Shown: positions 1 to 14,740, counted from the first letter of the stretch. The stretch: DNA of 64,000 bases from Callorhinchus milii (GCF_018977255.1 NW_024704742.1:5148001-5212000), one strand, 5' to 3'. Translations and numbers: made by a program. The notes: generated from the sequence alone by a model not told the origin.

Positions 1-644
1 CTCCCTGCGCACGCTGCCTGCTCCCCCCGCTAACGCCGTTTCCAGGTGGCTGCCGATCGCACTTCTTGTTCGCCGTGCAAGCACAGGGCAGGAAGCGGCG
101 TTGAAGAAGGCTTTGTGTTGGCCACGACCTGATGCCCGATAAGGTGACCTGTTTTCAAGACAGGAAGCTGAAATGGTTCACCTCCCAGACCCCGTATACA
201 ATATGGTATAATAAACATCGTTTCTTCCCACTTCGATCGAATAATGTGGAGTCGGGCTTGACTCTCCTGCCACGGGCCCTGTGTAACCTGATCCATAACG
301 GACTCGATTCAATCCATTCAATCTCTTTGAGGGAAATTTCCGCAATAACATCCCCTGATCCCTAAAAAAAAAAAACAGATAAACTCCACAACAGCACATC
401 TCACAGTTCAAACCGGATACTGACTGCACAGTTAGTCATCCACTAACTCAAACACCAAATTCTAATCCGACCCCGATGCCCACCAACTCCTTTACAAAAC
501 GTTCGATCAAAATACTGTAGCACCAACTCCTCAATGTCCTTTGGAAAGTAGTTATCCTTTGGAGTTATCAAAAACCACCCACAATGTTCCAATGAGGCTT
601 TGCTGGCAATCTATTGCAAAGGTACAATAATTTGTATCCCTATA

Positions 645-966
645 GAGTAGTGGTTAACGCACACACCTCGCAAGTGAGAGGACGAAACCTCAGGCAAATT
701 TCCTCATTCCACACGCCTGTTTACTTAGCGGTAAGTAGGAACCCGAATGTTAGTTGATTGGCGGATCTCTTTCAAGGGGTAGTAATAATTCCTCAAAAAA
801 AATGTGGTCACGCAATCCACGACTGCTTGTGGGACACTGTTGCGCGCAATTGACTGTTGCGTTTCGCCCACAAAATGCACGGTCGATCCAATATATCCTG
901 TGAAGGGCTTTGAGACGTCTCAACGACGTGATTAGGCGCAACATTAAATACAACAATTATTATTAT
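645..966 (+). mobile_element. tRNA-headed SINE, older subfamily, degenerate
   Basis: Degraded head, internal GTAAGTAGGAACCCG segment, GTGGGACACTG..GCGCAATTG core, (TTA)n tail. Confidence 0.85.
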
Positions 967-1607
967 ATATTTAACTTGTGTCAACTTTCAGCTCTGGGCA
1001 TGTTTCTTGACACTTGTGAGTTTTATGTAATTTAAGAGCATCATAAAGTATTCAACTTTATTCAACAGCTTACAATCAAATATTGATTGAGACAGTGATC
1101 GGGATGGAATTTTTGGCAATGTAATACTTGATAATATGTCACACTTTATATTCTGTATTTTTAAAAATACAAATTTGGACTGCTTACAAAAAGGTTAGGA
1201 TCAAAATAAATGAAAGTGAGACAAGCTTAATGGGGATGAAGTCAACTTTTTATATCTTGATATCATCAGAAAACAACAAAAGGAATCCTTGAAACTGCCA
1301 ATAAACATTAAAAGTGCTTTACATACTCCTGTGTGGAATTAAACAAACTGCAAAAATTGCTTATGTTTGGGTTTCTTGTTTGCTAAAATAATGCTGTAAT
1401 ATTAAGGATGTTTTGCAGATGTCCTGACCAAAGAAATTGCACTCTGAGTTTAAAGTACAGCTGCGAATCCAGACTGACACCTCAAAAGCATAAATGCTGC
1501 TCAAGTTCTGAAATTGTCCTCATTAGATTCTTTGAGACCAAAGGAAGAGGTTAGTCATCACAAGAGGCTAAACACACTGAGATTATGTTCCCTCTGGCTA
1601 AGTAGCC

Positions 1608-1812
1608 TAAGAGGTGATCTGACTGTCTTTAAAATAATAAACGGGTGTTAACAAGATAGAACAAACAGAACAAAGGGACATAATCTTAAAATGAGTGCCA
1701 AATAGTTTAAAAAGTGAAAAGAAAACCATTTCTTCACACAAAGGGTTGTGAGAATGTGGGACGAACTGGCCAGGAGGTTGTGGTTGTAAAATCAACTGAT
1801 TTGTTTAAAAAG
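1608..1812 (+). mobile_element. CR1 LINE 3' ORF2 fragment
   Basis: AAGGGACATAATCTTAAAAT...TTCTTCACACAAAGGGTTGTGAGAATGTGG encodes the CR1-typical GHxLK...FFTQRVVxxW motif. Confidence 0.7.
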
Positions 1813-1989
1813 GTAATAATAATAATAATAAAAATAACCCTTGCATTTGATATAGCGCCTTATCACCTCTTCAAGACTTCTCTGAGCTCTTCACGGAATA
1901 TACTGTAAAGTGAATTGACTCTATATAGATCGATATAACTGGGTAGATCTCCAGTTATCCTTCCTACTCCAGATCTGGTCCCTGACCAG

Positions 1990-2175
1990 GACTACCTTCC
2001 TCCACCTCTGTCACATCACCCGTCTTCACCCCCAGTCTTACTCCAAATGCTGCTGAAACCCTCATTCATGCTTTTGTCATCTCCCGCCTCAATTTTCCAA
2101 TGAACACCTCAACCTCTCCACTATGAACAAGCCCCGGATGATACAAAACTCTGCCACCTGTGTCCTCACCCCTAT
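1990..2175 (+). mobile_element. L2 LINE fragment
   Basis: GCTGCTGAAACCCTCATTCATGCTTTTGTCATCTCCCGCCTC encodes AAETLIHAFVISRL, an L2 ORF2 motif. Confidence 0.75.
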
Positions 2176-3257
2176 CGGAAGCTGACAATTCAGTGCAACC
2201 CAAGCACGTCACTGGAGTGTCAGCCTCGACCAGGAGATCAGAGTCTCAACATAGGCTTTGAAGCCACAATCTGAACTAAGCGCAAGAATACCACACAATG
2301 AGCCTCGCTGACAGAAAGATAAAAGAGCTACCCTGACCTCATACATTGATAGGCAGGCTGAACGACCTGCTCCTGTTCCCATGCCTTATATTCCAGAATA
2401 ATTAGCCGTCCCCATTTCTTTACTGGACTAGCTGGTTGCTTTCCACAGATAAGATTGGACCGATTCCCAGTGCAGACTTGAAGGGCCGAATGGCCTCCTT
2501 TTGTGTTGTACATTTCTATGATTATGTGATTCCAATCCTATGCAGATATAATGCAGCTGTAACCTTCCTACTGACAGATTGGGTTTGCTGTATCTGGGAC
2601 CACACACTCATGCTGAGTTATGTGAACCTGGGCTGGCAATCTGAAAGCATGCATCATTTGGGACATTGCGGAGGAGCATGTCAGGACGCACAACAATGGA
2701 CAGCCAGACAATAACTACAATCGTACATTTATACAGTGCCTTTCATATCGGGAGGACGTCTCAAAACCCTTCAAGGCAACACTCGTCTTGTGGGTTGCAC
2801 ATTTACAGAGGCAATGCTTGAGTTTTAGCACTGACTGGTCCATTCTCGTTCTGTGGTTTCTCAGAAGATGTACGTACGGAATCATAGTCAGCTGCACCAT
2901 AACGTTTGCAAAATTACAGAAGCATAAGAAACGCTAGACGAAAAAAGTCCAAGGTCCACCTGGTTCACCTTCCACCTTCCTGGTGGTCGCATGCACATAG
3001 GTCCCGAAATACCTAAAAGAAAACTATCCGATCTGTGTTTGAAGGAATTCTTTTCAGTTTATTTCTACATTCTCTATTTTCAAAATGAAACGTGTCCCTG
3101 GTGTTTTAATTCTGACATTAAATTAAAGGTGTGTGGTGGGTGGACTTATATTTTCTGTTACATTTTACGTAGTTGTGAGTTTATCGACACTCAGCACCCA
3201 TTTAATGTTAGCCATCTTTGAGAATGGAACATGAATAGGTTTAGGTAAAGAAAGGAG

Positions 3258-3475
3258 GTGCAAAAGCTGCAAATCTGAAACAAGTAGAAGAATCGATGGA
3301 AATACACAGCAGAGTGATGAGTCTGAAGAGAAAACTGGCTAAACGTTTTGGGTATGAACTTCATCACAACCGAGAAATAATTCTTGAGCTCATATTGATC
3401 AATAACATGAATCTCTCGCTCCTCTCATACAGATACCAATTGACCTGCTGTGTATCAGCAACAGTTTGTTTCTAT
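3258..3475. mobile_element. Degenerate fold-back repeat (shark-type, possibly Penelope-terminus derived); related arm at ~32505-32590
   Basis: Inverted arms ATACACAGCAG (3302-3312) and CTGCTGTGTAT (3445-3455). Family assignment is from memory only. Confidence 0.5.
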
Positions 3476-6400
3476 TATATGGCTCCAATTTCCCCCACAA
3501 GATACAGTCAATTCACTTTGCACTGTATTCTGTGAAGCGCTTTGAGACGTCTCAAAGATGTGATGCGGCGCTATATCAAATGCTAGGATTATTATAAGGA
3601 TTATAATTTATGAACACATTATGCTCCACATATATATATATATAATGTGTATATATTCTCTCATTGCATATCATGAATATAAAAATATTTGGAAGAAAAC
3701 ATGAAATGTCAGAATAAATCATTGCCAAACCTATACTGTACTGTACTACCCGCCCGGGCTTACCAATTTCTATGCCAACAGGTAAAGTGTACATAGTGAT
3801 GGGTTCCGAAAATGGAATATAATAAAAGAGGGACAAAATACACGCACTAAGCACGTGCGCTATAATCAGAATTGCTGTCACCACACTGTCGCCCTCAGCA
3901 TTTATGAATCACAAAGGACACTAGCTGCCGAGCAAGGCAGTAATTTCTGTTCCGAACAGGACATGTTTATCTTTGAAAGCCCTGGAGTCAAACACAGCCC
4001 ATTTACTCTCACTGATACAGGCTTGTCGTGGCTATGATTGATGGTATCCCTGTCTCCCTGCTGTGCTCCGTATTCTTACATGGCAACTTTTAGCAGCTGC
4101 TTTTTATTCCGATAGAGCAAATCCCATGGGTTCGATAGCACTATCAAATCTGCTGTCATATTATTTCTCAATTTTTTGCTCCCCTGTTCTTCTGTCCAGG
4201 ACCAAGCAAGAGATATTTTGCGTGTAAGAATGAAAGAGAGAGCGAGAGACACACACACACACACACACACAAGCGAATATGCAAACAGAGACAAAAAGAG
4301 AGACCCACATAGAGAAAGACAGACACAGCACACAAAGAGACACTACAATTCATCAAGACACTGACCTGTGGCACACGGGTAAGTTAACCGAAGCCCAAAC
4401 CTTACTGCTGTCTATATGAATGAATAGGTTCTGCCAAACTATCACAAAGGAGGTGACAGAGCATCTTGTTAGACTTTCAGCATCTGTCTTAATATGATCT
4501 AGATCCAAATTCTTCCCCTTTTAGGACTGTGGGTAAATGTTGTCTGCGACATTTACCTCATAGCCGTTTGCGGGATTTTACTGTGTGCAAAATAGCTACA
4601 TGTCTGCCACGGAAACAGTCAATATCTTTGACATTAATTACTGTGAAACCTTTTGAGCCACTTTGCCACATAAGAGGTTGCTAAAGTGTAAATTCCTCCT
4701 CTCCGTCTTTCCTTTTTAAAATAATCCTTACATTTGATATAGTGCCTTTCGCTTGGGAGACCGTCTCAAAGTGTTTCACGGGGTAAAGTGGAGTGACTCT
4801 TCATTTTGTGGAGGATTAAGAAGTCGTCGACACCCTTCCAACGTTACTTTCTAATGTCCCAAATATTCACAGCAAATAATTATAATCCTTTTATTTTATA
4901 TAGCGCCTTATTCGGGAGAACATTATAGGAACCAATTGTGTTCACAAAATATACAGTCAATTCACTTTACAGTATATTCTGTGAAGCGCTTTGAGACGCC
5001 TCGAAGACGTGAAAAGGCGAGGATTATTATTATTATTATTACTTGCTCTTATTCTTCATGTGCTCTAACTTATCTTCCTCACATGCAACCCATCAGTCCC
5101 AGTGCTTTTCACCTACGGCTAAATAATTTCAGCCCTCTGGTCTGTAATTGAGTAATAATAAAGCCTTGTACTTCAAAAGATCTTGCGAGTTTGCATGGCA
5201 TACAGGGGATCCCATGCAGTTTGGGCCACACTAGGCTTTTCCAGCAGCGATGTGCCAGTAATATTGTTGCTTTCCTTGAAAACGTTTTTTCAACCGAACT
5301 GATTCGGGATCAGAGAATCAATACGAGTTATTGGGGGAATAAATAGGTGCTATCTGATGTACTAGTCAATGAAAAAAAATGACGTAATCTCTCAACATAG
5401 TTAACAAGATGGTGAACAGATTGGTAATTGGCTTCTAACACCCGCACTGGCTTCTGTCATTTGACATGTAGAATAGGGAAGGCAAAGGAATTAATTGTCT
5501 CTACCGGGAAAGATTTTTGACACCACCCAAAGTCCACATTTCAGTGGATGTTGGAATCAAAATGGTAAAACGAGACGGGGGGAGCAGATGACGGTTGAGC
5601 CTAATTAAACGAAACAAGCCAATTAAAAAAACAGAAAAGTTCTTTACAGAACGGCATAAGACTGGCTGACACACTTTTGTATCAGTTGTTCTGAACAAGC
5701 CACTCAAACTACATATGTCATCAATAAACTCCCTCCTAACTGCCTAGACATTTCCTCCCCACCTCCCCCCACCCACATTATATTCTGACGGTTTCCAACT
5801 GCCTTGTAAGAATCTTTGGGAATTGGGTCCTTTGCACATTGTAGCTTAGCGGGATGTACATTGTACTGAACATCTAGTACCTAATACTATTAGATAATAA
5901 AGCCAAATACATGAGCCTGGCAACAGAACGTCCCTTGCTCTGCGAATGATTCTTAAATTGTACCCTTGGGTACAGTTGGCCAGAAAACATACTAATACTT
6001 AAAACATCTGTAATCTAATTATCTGTAATCCACTATGGAATCAGACCTTGGCCACTAACTGAAAGCTGGGTTGATAAAAGTGCTCATCGGGAACACCACA
6101 GTGCGAATGGGGGCTCGCTACTGGGGGAAAAAAACCTGTTTTTTTGCATTGTCGTGTGCGCTTTACTTCCTTGGTTACTGCTTGATGGTTATCTGCTGAA
6201 ATGTTGTGTAATACGGGTGAAAATGTCGGATTTCAGCACCACAGCAACACCAGCAGTGCTGTACAAGGAGAGGAGCTAAGAGACCAAATATGTTGTGAGA
6301 GATTAGTCAGTAGCCATACGGCTATCAATAATCCATGTGTTTGATACGATGCTGTTATCACATATCAAGAAGTCTCGAAGCACTTCACAGGATTTTACTA

Positions 6401-6559
6401 TGAAACTCCTTGCGTGGACATAATTACATAGACTGTACAGCGTGTACAGCTTCTAAACAGGCCATTCGGCCTAGCTAGTCCACACCAGGCTCTACCCAGC
6501 CTAATCTCCTCTCACATACATATTCCGGTGTTCCCTTCTCCCTCAAATATGTGTTCGGG

Positions 6560-6893
6560 TTCAAATCCCTTCACTCTCTGGCAACTCCCTACCTCTCCGA
6601 CCTCCTCACTCCCCAATCCACCATCCGGAGCCTCCGCTCGACTGGCACTGACCTCCTGCTCATCCCTCGTGCCCCACTACGCCCCGAAACTCCGGAACAT
6701 TCTCCCTCAATCCCTCCGCCTTGCCCCCTCTCTCCCCTTTTTCAAGTCCCGCCTGAAAACCTTCCTCTTCGACTGTGCTTACAGTCACCTCCCCCCCACA
6801 CCCACCCGGCTCGGAGTCAGGCTCCACCACTGTTAAGCGCCCTGAGACGCCACCCTGTGTGGAGGGCGCTATATAAGTGCAAGTTGTTATTGT
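6560..6893 (+). mobile_element. L2 LINE 3' fragment with stem-loop tail (type B tail)
   Basis: Encodes SLHSLATPYLSDLL...SLRS and FKSRLKTFLF; ends AGCGCCCT...AGGGCGCT ATATAAGTGCAAGTTGTTATTG. Confidence 0.9.
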
Positions 6894-9800
6894 GTCGTTT
6901 GAACCAATACTAATTTTTGTAACGATTNAAAAAAAAGTTAACATAATAATGTTAACTTGCTCGTATAATGGAACCTTTACGTAGAATGAATGTGTCAAAG
7001 CACTTCATAAGTGCAATAGGATCACCGATCAGAACGAGAAGAAGGGGGAATTTGAGGATGTTGACTAAAGTCACAGTCGAAGGGATATTTTTGAAAGGAT
7101 TTTAAAGGCAGGGAGGAGAAGGTCAAGTGTTTTCTACGAGCAAAACAATCCAATCTTGACAGGGAAGTCTCAAATGTAACATTTGGGGCAATGAAAATCT
7201 TGTCATAAAATTTGTGGGATTAATGATGCAATTTAGAGACAAAATCAAAATCAGTTTTAGAACATCGGGTGCAAGTTGGTTTAGCAATCCAATCCAATTT
7301 ACAATTATATATCTCCTTTCACATCAGGAGGACGTCTCAAAGCATCTTAAACTGCTGGCTGGACACCTGAGCTGGGGGATGGGACTGGGAAAAGTGGGTG
7401 GGGGGCGGTAAAGTTGATTAAAAACCCAGTTAAAAAGATTCACCTTTTAGCACTTACATTCAATTAATTCGAACGGAGCATTTTTCCTCTTAAAATGCTT
7501 TCTCTTGGAGTTTTCTGTCGACTGGTTGATTGGGGAGGAATAGAGTGAAGGGTTCAAATTCCTGTACTTTTGAGTGCCCGGAGGCAAGCAATCCACATAG
7601 ACCACGTACGCCTGCCCCCAAGGGCTTGTGGATGAACAAGGAGCTCTCTGAACGTAAAATACCATTTAAGCAATAACAACCTCTCCTTAGTCTAACCCTT
7701 GCCTTCCTGAGGAGATTTCACTTGACTGATGAAAGCACCACAGACAGCCGTGTGGCAATTCTTCAGGTGTGCACCAAGTCAGCCTACTCTAATGTAATGC
7801 ACCTTTACTGCCCAGTGCAATTGTGTGCTTGCCTATCACATAGCCACATGCCTTCCAGCAGGGGATATTGGACAGTGATCAGCAGCAGAAATCATAGAAT
7901 CACAGAAGGAGGCCATTCGGCCAATGTAACGGGGAGGACAAGGAAGGAATGGGGCTGAACGCTGGCTGATTTTCCCCCCTTCCTAGCCCGGGCGACAAGG
8001 CTAAGAGTAGCAAACATAACCACACTAACCAGTTGAGATATGCAAACAGCACAGACTAGAGAACGAATCTGGAGAGAACCTTACTCACTCATATGGCTCA
8101 GCGCCACACCAGAAGCCAAAACCTCTCATGGTCAAAGCCTGAAGACCATCGTCATGATACTTAGAAATGTGCAATTGATTTTGAAAAGTTATTAAATCCC
8201 CCATTCTGAGATCAACTAACCCGAGACTGATCAGAGATAGGTGCTGGTCTGTACATCTGAGTTTCACACTTGGCGCTTCATACTCTTCGATCTTTGTCAG
8301 TTGGTAATTGAGAAATCTTTTAAATTGCTTTCCTTACTTATCCATGGCCTCAAGGCACCTTGGAAGAAGAAAGCTTTATAAATGACGAGGCCTTAAGTTT
8401 GGCCCAAACTTCACAACAAGTTCCCATGAGCCACTTGACTTTGGCACCACCAAGTCAAGTGGTTCTAGTAAAAAAGTATAAATGTTTACTGCAATCATAG
8501 GTTTTGATTCGGTAGTTTAGAATTAGCTATGGGGTACAGAGTAAACCCAGTGCTTATACAATTAAGAGATGAGGGAAGCTTTCAGACGTTTCGCCCACAA
8601 AATATACAGTCACTACATTCTACAGTGTATTCTGTGAAGCGCTTTGAGACGTCTCGAAGATGTGATAAGGCACTATATCAAATGAAAGATTATAATTATT
8701 ATTATTATTATCGTATGTACAGACTGCTTGCTCTCCAGAGTTTTTTTTTTACCAGAAGCATTCTCCCTGGAAATGTTTGAAGAACTATCTGCAAAACAAT
8801 ATCATTGCTTCAGAGATGTATGCAGACGCAGCAAAACTAACTCATGAACGTGCTACAAATTTCAAACCCTGCAGATCAGAGATTCTCAAACTTTGCCTCC
8901 CAAAGCTAAGAAAAAACACCCCCCCCTCGCCACCCCCATAGTTTACAGAGACAACACAATGAACTGAAAATACCATACTTTGCAAGAACACGAGTTATAA
9001 AGTAGAAGAGCTTTGATCAAAGATCAAAGTGTATGAGTGTCACAAGTACTAATTCTATTTCATAAAGCGCCCTCCGTGTTATCTCAATCCTGCACTCCAC
9101 TTTGGCGACCTGATTCAGACTGGGGTTTGCTTTTGGTCCCCACTTCTGTCGATCAGTCAGGACTTGTGAAGGGGCAGACACGGCAAGTGTAGAGAGGTGA
9201 AGTCGCAGGCAGACAATTTGTGAAAGAAATGGAGAGTAAATTGCCTGGATTTTAAGTCCCTGGCTGCGTCTGCAAACCACGAGCAATTTGATATGCATGG
9301 CAGCTATGTAATCCTGTATCTGTCAGTCTGTAAAATGTTAATCCAATTACAGACAATAGTATCAGGCTTCCACAAAGTACCACAAAAACCATTTCAATTT
9401 GCCATTAAAGCTCGGAAGGACCAACAGCATTGCTTCCCCATTCTCAGTGCATGTGCAGTGTCATCTGTCAATGTGCTGGCAGTGGTGTTGCTTTGTTAGA
9501 AATGTGATCAAAGCAAGATTTCCTTCCTCCTAGAGTCTCGCAAGGAGAACAAAAAATGAATTTTTAGCTTCAGTAAGTAGATTGCAACATATTCTCAATG
9601 TACTAAATCCCTGAGCTCTCTTCTTTGAAACGTTTATACAATTCACATTGAATTTCAGTGTGGTCGTAAAATCTTAACATGAGCTCAATTGGACGCTTGA
9701 AGATACTTGAGAAGCAGATCCACAACAATGAAACGTAATTATCAAGATCTCTCAACTCCACCAGCCTCAGAATTTAAATTCTTCTTTACTTAATGGTCAC

Positions 9801-10147
9801 GTAGTACATCAGAAATAAAGCATACATATAGGTCACAGTAAATTATACCCTTGATGCAAACAGAAAAATACTGTAATTCACATTACTTCCGCCCAGAATG
9901 CAAAAAATAATTCCCATTTACTCAATACAGAACAGAGGGAAAAGATTTAATAGTGGATTTGCCATATACCCAGCAGATTCAAATACACGTTGCCAAAAGT
10001 AAATCAGATCATTTCGAGACTTAAATTGCCACTAGTATTAAATGAATTTATATAATCGCTCTGTAAAGTTTCACTATTGGTGAGTATCCTTGACAAAAAT
10101 ACTGAGACATTGAATTAAGCTCTGGCTGCTTGTTTAAAGATACCACT

Positions 10148-10549
10148 ATAATAATAATCCTCCTTCCGCATCGTGTCTTATCGTGTTGTTGAGACGTCTA
10201 AAAGAGCTCGACAGGAATTACTGTAAAGTGTAGGGTTCGTGTAGACACGAGCGGCAGCCAATTTGTGCACAGCCATGAAGTGAATGACTGATGGCCAGGA
10301 AACTGGGAGAAACTCCTTTCTCTTTTGAAATAGTGCCATGGAATCTTTAACGTTTATCTTAACAAGCAGATGGGGCCTCGGTTCAATGTCTCATCCAAAT
10401 ATAGCAGTTCCGATAATATAGCACAGCGCTCCCCAGCACTGCGCTAGAGTGTCGGCCTAGACTATGAGATGAAAGTCCCAATTGTGGGGCTTGAACCCAC
10501 AAGTTTCTGACTCGGAGGCAAGAGTGCTACCGACTAGCCCTGGCTGACA
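10148..10549 (-). mobile_element. SacSINE1/AmnSINE1-like DeuSINE
   Basis: Reverse complement shows GGTAGCACTCTTGCCTCCGAGTCAGAA head, GGATGAGACATTGAACCGAGGCCCC and AAAGATTCCATGGCACTATTTC Deu-like core. Confidence 0.85.
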
Positions 10550-11855
10550 CCCATGACACCATTTCAAAAATGGAGTTTTTCCCAATATCCTGGCTAACAA
10601 ACCGCTGGATTGATTAATCATTCTCTCTCGTGGCTGTTTGTGGGGTCTTGCTTGAGCAAAACAACCTCTATGATTACTTAACAAAAAGTCACTATGAATT
10701 TCTGCAGGTACCTGTTGAACACTTAAGAGAAGTTTTCTTTTCTGTTACCCATCTCCTGATCTTTACCAACAACACTAAACTTAGATAATCACGAGTGCAG
10801 TACTACCGAACAAGTGTCAAAACAAGAAAACACTGACTTCTCTGTCTCCCTTCCCCACCCCACTGGAAACACCTGTTTTTCTCATCAGTTATTAATAATA
10901 ATAATAAAAAATAAATTGGTCACTCAATCCAAGACTGTTTGTGGGACACCTCTGTGCGCAACTGGCTGCTGTGTTTCGCCCACAAAATATAGAGTCAATT
11001 CACTTTACCGTATATTCTGCGAAGTGCTTTGAGACGTCTTGAAGACGTGATAAGGAACTATATTGATCACAGCAGTCTCCCACAAACAGTGGTGAATTGA
11101 TAGTAATCAGTAATAGCTGATTGCCCCCCCCCCACCCGCCGAAGTCAGGGGACATCAAACCAGTCATGCATCCTGCCCCTTCCTGAATGTCATACAGTCA
11201 CTCCTGCTGCATGCTTGTGGGGACAAAATTAGACTCAAATGTGACAACCTCAACCTCCACAGTCAAATAACCTCTGTATATTTTCCAGGCTTACATATGA
11301 AGAGGCACTTTAGATCAGGCTCTGCAGATAAGCTTTCATTCAAAGGGGAGCTGCAGAACGGTACCCAGCAAGAGATAATATCATGGGAGCAATATGTCTA
11401 CCTAAAATAAGAGTTTAAGACACCTTTATGAAGATGGACTTAAAGCCCTCAAATAATTAATATTGTAGAAAGGAAAATGAAAGAGGCGATTCTTAAAAAT
11501 GACACCGATCGACATCTAACGAACACTCTCACTAAACTCAAAAACCTGGACTAGAATAACACAAACCATGCAAATATCTTCACACAACAGTTGCAGTGCA
11601 GATAATAAGGGTCAGTAGTTTAAAGTAAATAATTTGACAGATTTTTAGTTACGGTACAGTCTAGGAGAAGGCTGGCCAGGCACAGTGTGAGCATGCTGAA
11701 ACCCAGCAGCATAACTCATTGACTCAAGTATGTGGACAGATTGTAGTGAGAGAGTTGCCAGCAGGCTTCTTTATTTTTCAAAAAAAAACTGGCCCAGAGT
11801 GAAACTGAGCCACACGTTCCCAGATCTGTGACTAGTCCCTGTGCCGAGTGGCTTC

Positions 11856-12292
11856 CTGGCTCAGTCGGTAGCATTCTCAACTGTGAGTTGGAAGGTCGTG
11901 GATTCAAGCCTCAACACTGGGACTTTCAACTCACACTTAAGGTCGACTGAAATGCAAATGCAGTGTTGGGGCCGGGCTACACTGTGGGAGTTGCCGGACG
12001 TCAGATGAGGCAACAAATTGAGGTTCCCTCTGCCTGTTCAGATGGACGTTAAAGATCCAATTGGCATTATTTGCAAAGAGAGAGGAGTTTTTCCCCTAGA
12101 GTCGTGGCCAATCATCCCCCAGATAAAATTGGTCATTCACTTCATGGCTGTTTGTTGGACATTGGTGTGTACCAGATTCTTTGCCCTGTTCGCCCACAAA
12201 CACGCAGTCACTACACTTACCGGTAAAATCTTGTGAAATGCTTCGAGATGTCTCAATGCCCTGAAAAGGCGCTATATTAAATGCAAGCATTA
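11856..12292 (+). mobile_element. SacSINE1/AmnSINE1-like DeuSINE, near full length
   Basis: GGCTCAGTCGGTAGCATTCTC head, GATGGACGTTAAAGATCC core, AAAAGGCGCTATATTAAATGCAAG tail. Confidence 0.85.
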
Positions 12293-12586
12293 TGAAGTCA
12301 AACCCCACTCAAACTTTATGCCCTCCTGGTTCTGGAGCCAATACTTCAGCTAAGTGAGGCAGAGCTTTCCAAAGAGTCGCACAGACATGATGGGCCGAAT
12401 GGCCTCCTTCTGTGCTGTGTAATTCTATGATTCACCCTTGGCTCTCCCTGCCAAGTCGGTACCAAAGTAGGTTTCCATCCCACCTTCCAAGCCAACAGCA
12501 CCCGACACAGCAAGGTCAGCATTGCTCGTCACTTCAACGTTGCTGGTCACCGGGTTTGTCGCACTTTCAGGCCCAACGGTGTCAAC

Positions 12587-12909
12587 ATAATAATAATAAT
12601 AATCCTTGCATTTGATATAGCGCTTTTCACGTCGGGAGGACGTCCCAAAGCGCTTCACAGAACACACTGTAAAGTGAATTAACTGCATATTTGTGGGTGA
12701 ACGCGGCAGCCAATTGCGCACAGCAATGTCCACAAACAGTCGTATATTGAAAATGACCAATTTATTATTGTTTTTGGTTTTGGAGGGATTATTATTAGGC
12801 TCTGTGTGGAGTAAGGAAACTTGCCCAAGGTTTCGCCCTCTGCTGGAATTGAACTCAGGTCTCTCACTTGCAAAGCGAGTGCTCTAACCACTGAGCTACA
12901 GGACTCCAC
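12587..12909 (-). mobile_element. Young full-length tRNA(Ala-like)-headed SINE
   Basis: rc: GTGGAGTCCTGTAGCTCAGTGGTTAGAGCACTCGCTTTGCAAG (A box), GAGTTCAATTCC (B box), Deu-like 3' core, L2-type stem-loop, (TTA)n. Nearly identical to copies at 50950 and 58190. Confidence 0.95.
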
Positions 12910-13522
12910 ATGGAAACGTTCTCCATAAAAAGAGATAAGACACGGGAATTTCAGAGAAGTACACACATCCTCTCCATTTCTATGACATCCTTCCTGAAGT
13001 GGAGAATCCAAATAAAACCACAATATTCCCAAATGGAGTCTGACATAACTTCCTTAGTTTTAAGTTCAAAATTCCATCTTATATTAATAATAATCCAGGA
13101 GTTTGATACAGTTTCTTTCACGTGGGACGACGCCTCAAAAGGCCTTGCCAGGTACACTGTTAAGCGCATTTTGTAGGCGAAAGCGGTAGCCAAGTTACAC
13201 ATTGTGATGACCCACAAACAGCCAGGAAATGTCAATCCCGGAAGCCCGATTTGCCTTCTTGATAGTTTTGTTTTGCACTTGACCTTCCACAGCGATCAGG
13301 GTAGGTCTGCAACCTGAGAGAAACACAGGTAATGCGTAACAGACACGGAAACTATTTGAAACAACGGCGCAGCTCGAATTTGTTCGTGCACCAGCATTGC
13401 CGCCACTGTCACTCTGTGAGTAAATTGAGCAGATTCCGGACACCATCTGCCTTCTGCTACGTGAGAACATTGAGCTCATGGAAACCAGCTCTCACTCAGC
13501 ATTTCAAACCACTGTATTACAT

Positions 13523-13821
13523 TGTGGAGCTCAGTGGTGAGAGCATTCGCCTTGCAAGCGAGAGACCTGGGTTCGGTACCTGGCAGGGCGAAACCTTGGG
13601 CAAGTTTGCCTGATAATAATCCCTCAAGAAAAGAAAACAATAACAAAATTGGTCACTTCAACCCACGACTGTTTGTGGGGACGCTGCTGTGTGCAATTGG
13701 CTGCCGCGTTTCGCCCACAAATATACAATCGATTCACTTTACGCTATATTCTGTGAAGCGCTTTGAGACATCTAGAAGACGTGATAAGGCACTATGTCAA
13801 ATGCGAGGTTTATTATTATTA
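13523..13821 (+). mobile_element. tRNA-headed SINE, intermediate subfamily
   Basis: Same family; lacks the internal segment and keeps the GAGACATCTAGAAGACGTGATAAGG old-type tail. Confidence 0.9.
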
Positions 13822-14577
13822 CTACATTGCATTTTAAGAGACTGTATTTTACGTCAAGTCTGACTTACGAAAAATACACGATATCAAGGGATTAGTACAC
13901 CCTGCAGTTTCTGACTGAGGCATATGGACTAAAACATTTTCAAATGGAAGATTTTGTTCTTTATCAAGCAGGAAGGAGGTTTTTTTATTATGCAAATTCT
14001 TCCGCTATGATGATAATAGTTTATAAATGCTGAGCAACTATTTTTTTTCCTCATTTGTCCAGTGCAACTTTTGTTAGCCGAGATGGATTTTTTTTATAAA
14101 AAAGAACTTTTTGTAGACACTGCATTAAAGAACAGAGATTGTATAATTTGAAAGCGGAAAGTTAATGAACAGCTGCTTCTTTATCTAATTTACAGTGAAA
14201 ATGATAAACAGAGTACAGAGTAAACTGCTTTGGGTACTTCAACCTTATCAAGGAGATAATAGTCGTGGATGTGTGTCAGTTTCAGACAGTCCTGGTCCCA
14301 GCAAACATGTGCCCACTATTCTCAAATTGTTGCACTGTCCACTTAAGATTACTCAATTATACAGGAACATCTTTTTAAAAAAAACATTTGGAATATTATG
14401 GAGAGACTGAGAAATATGTAAAGCTTTACTTCTTAAACTTGGAAGGAGAAATCAGTTCTTAGTTTTATTCCAGGTGACAGCTGTCTGCCAAGAATGCACG
14501 TTACCAAAATGATGTGACTTCACTCGATTAATACCTGAGAGAAAGGGCTGATCATAGCCATGATGAGAAACTGGGTA

Positions 14578-14740
14578 CATTTGGGTCTTATATTCCCTGG
14601 AGCTGAGGAGGTTACGGGGAGATGTGATTGAGGTGTTTAAAATAATGAAGTGGATTGGCAAGCCAGATAGTGGGTGACTCTTCTCTCCGACGGTGGGAAT
14701 CAAAATAAAAGGACGTATTCTTAAAACCAGAATTAAGATG
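14578..14740 (+). mobile_element. CR1 LINE fragment
   Basis: Encodes LGLIFPG/LELRRLRGDVIEVFKIMK-type CR1 C-terminal motif. Confidence 0.7.

Noticed and set aside
1..380. Possible minus-strand exon after a T12-AG acceptor at ~362-375, and CpG-rich first 130 bp
   Set aside because: None of the three frames gives a protein I recognise and no partner exons were found; cannot be supported without transcript data.
12830..12909. tRNA-Ala-like sequence with A and B boxes (also at 20522, 51200, 58440, 62905)
   Set aside because: These are SINE heads continuing into SINE body and tail, without a proper acceptor stem; not tRNA genes.
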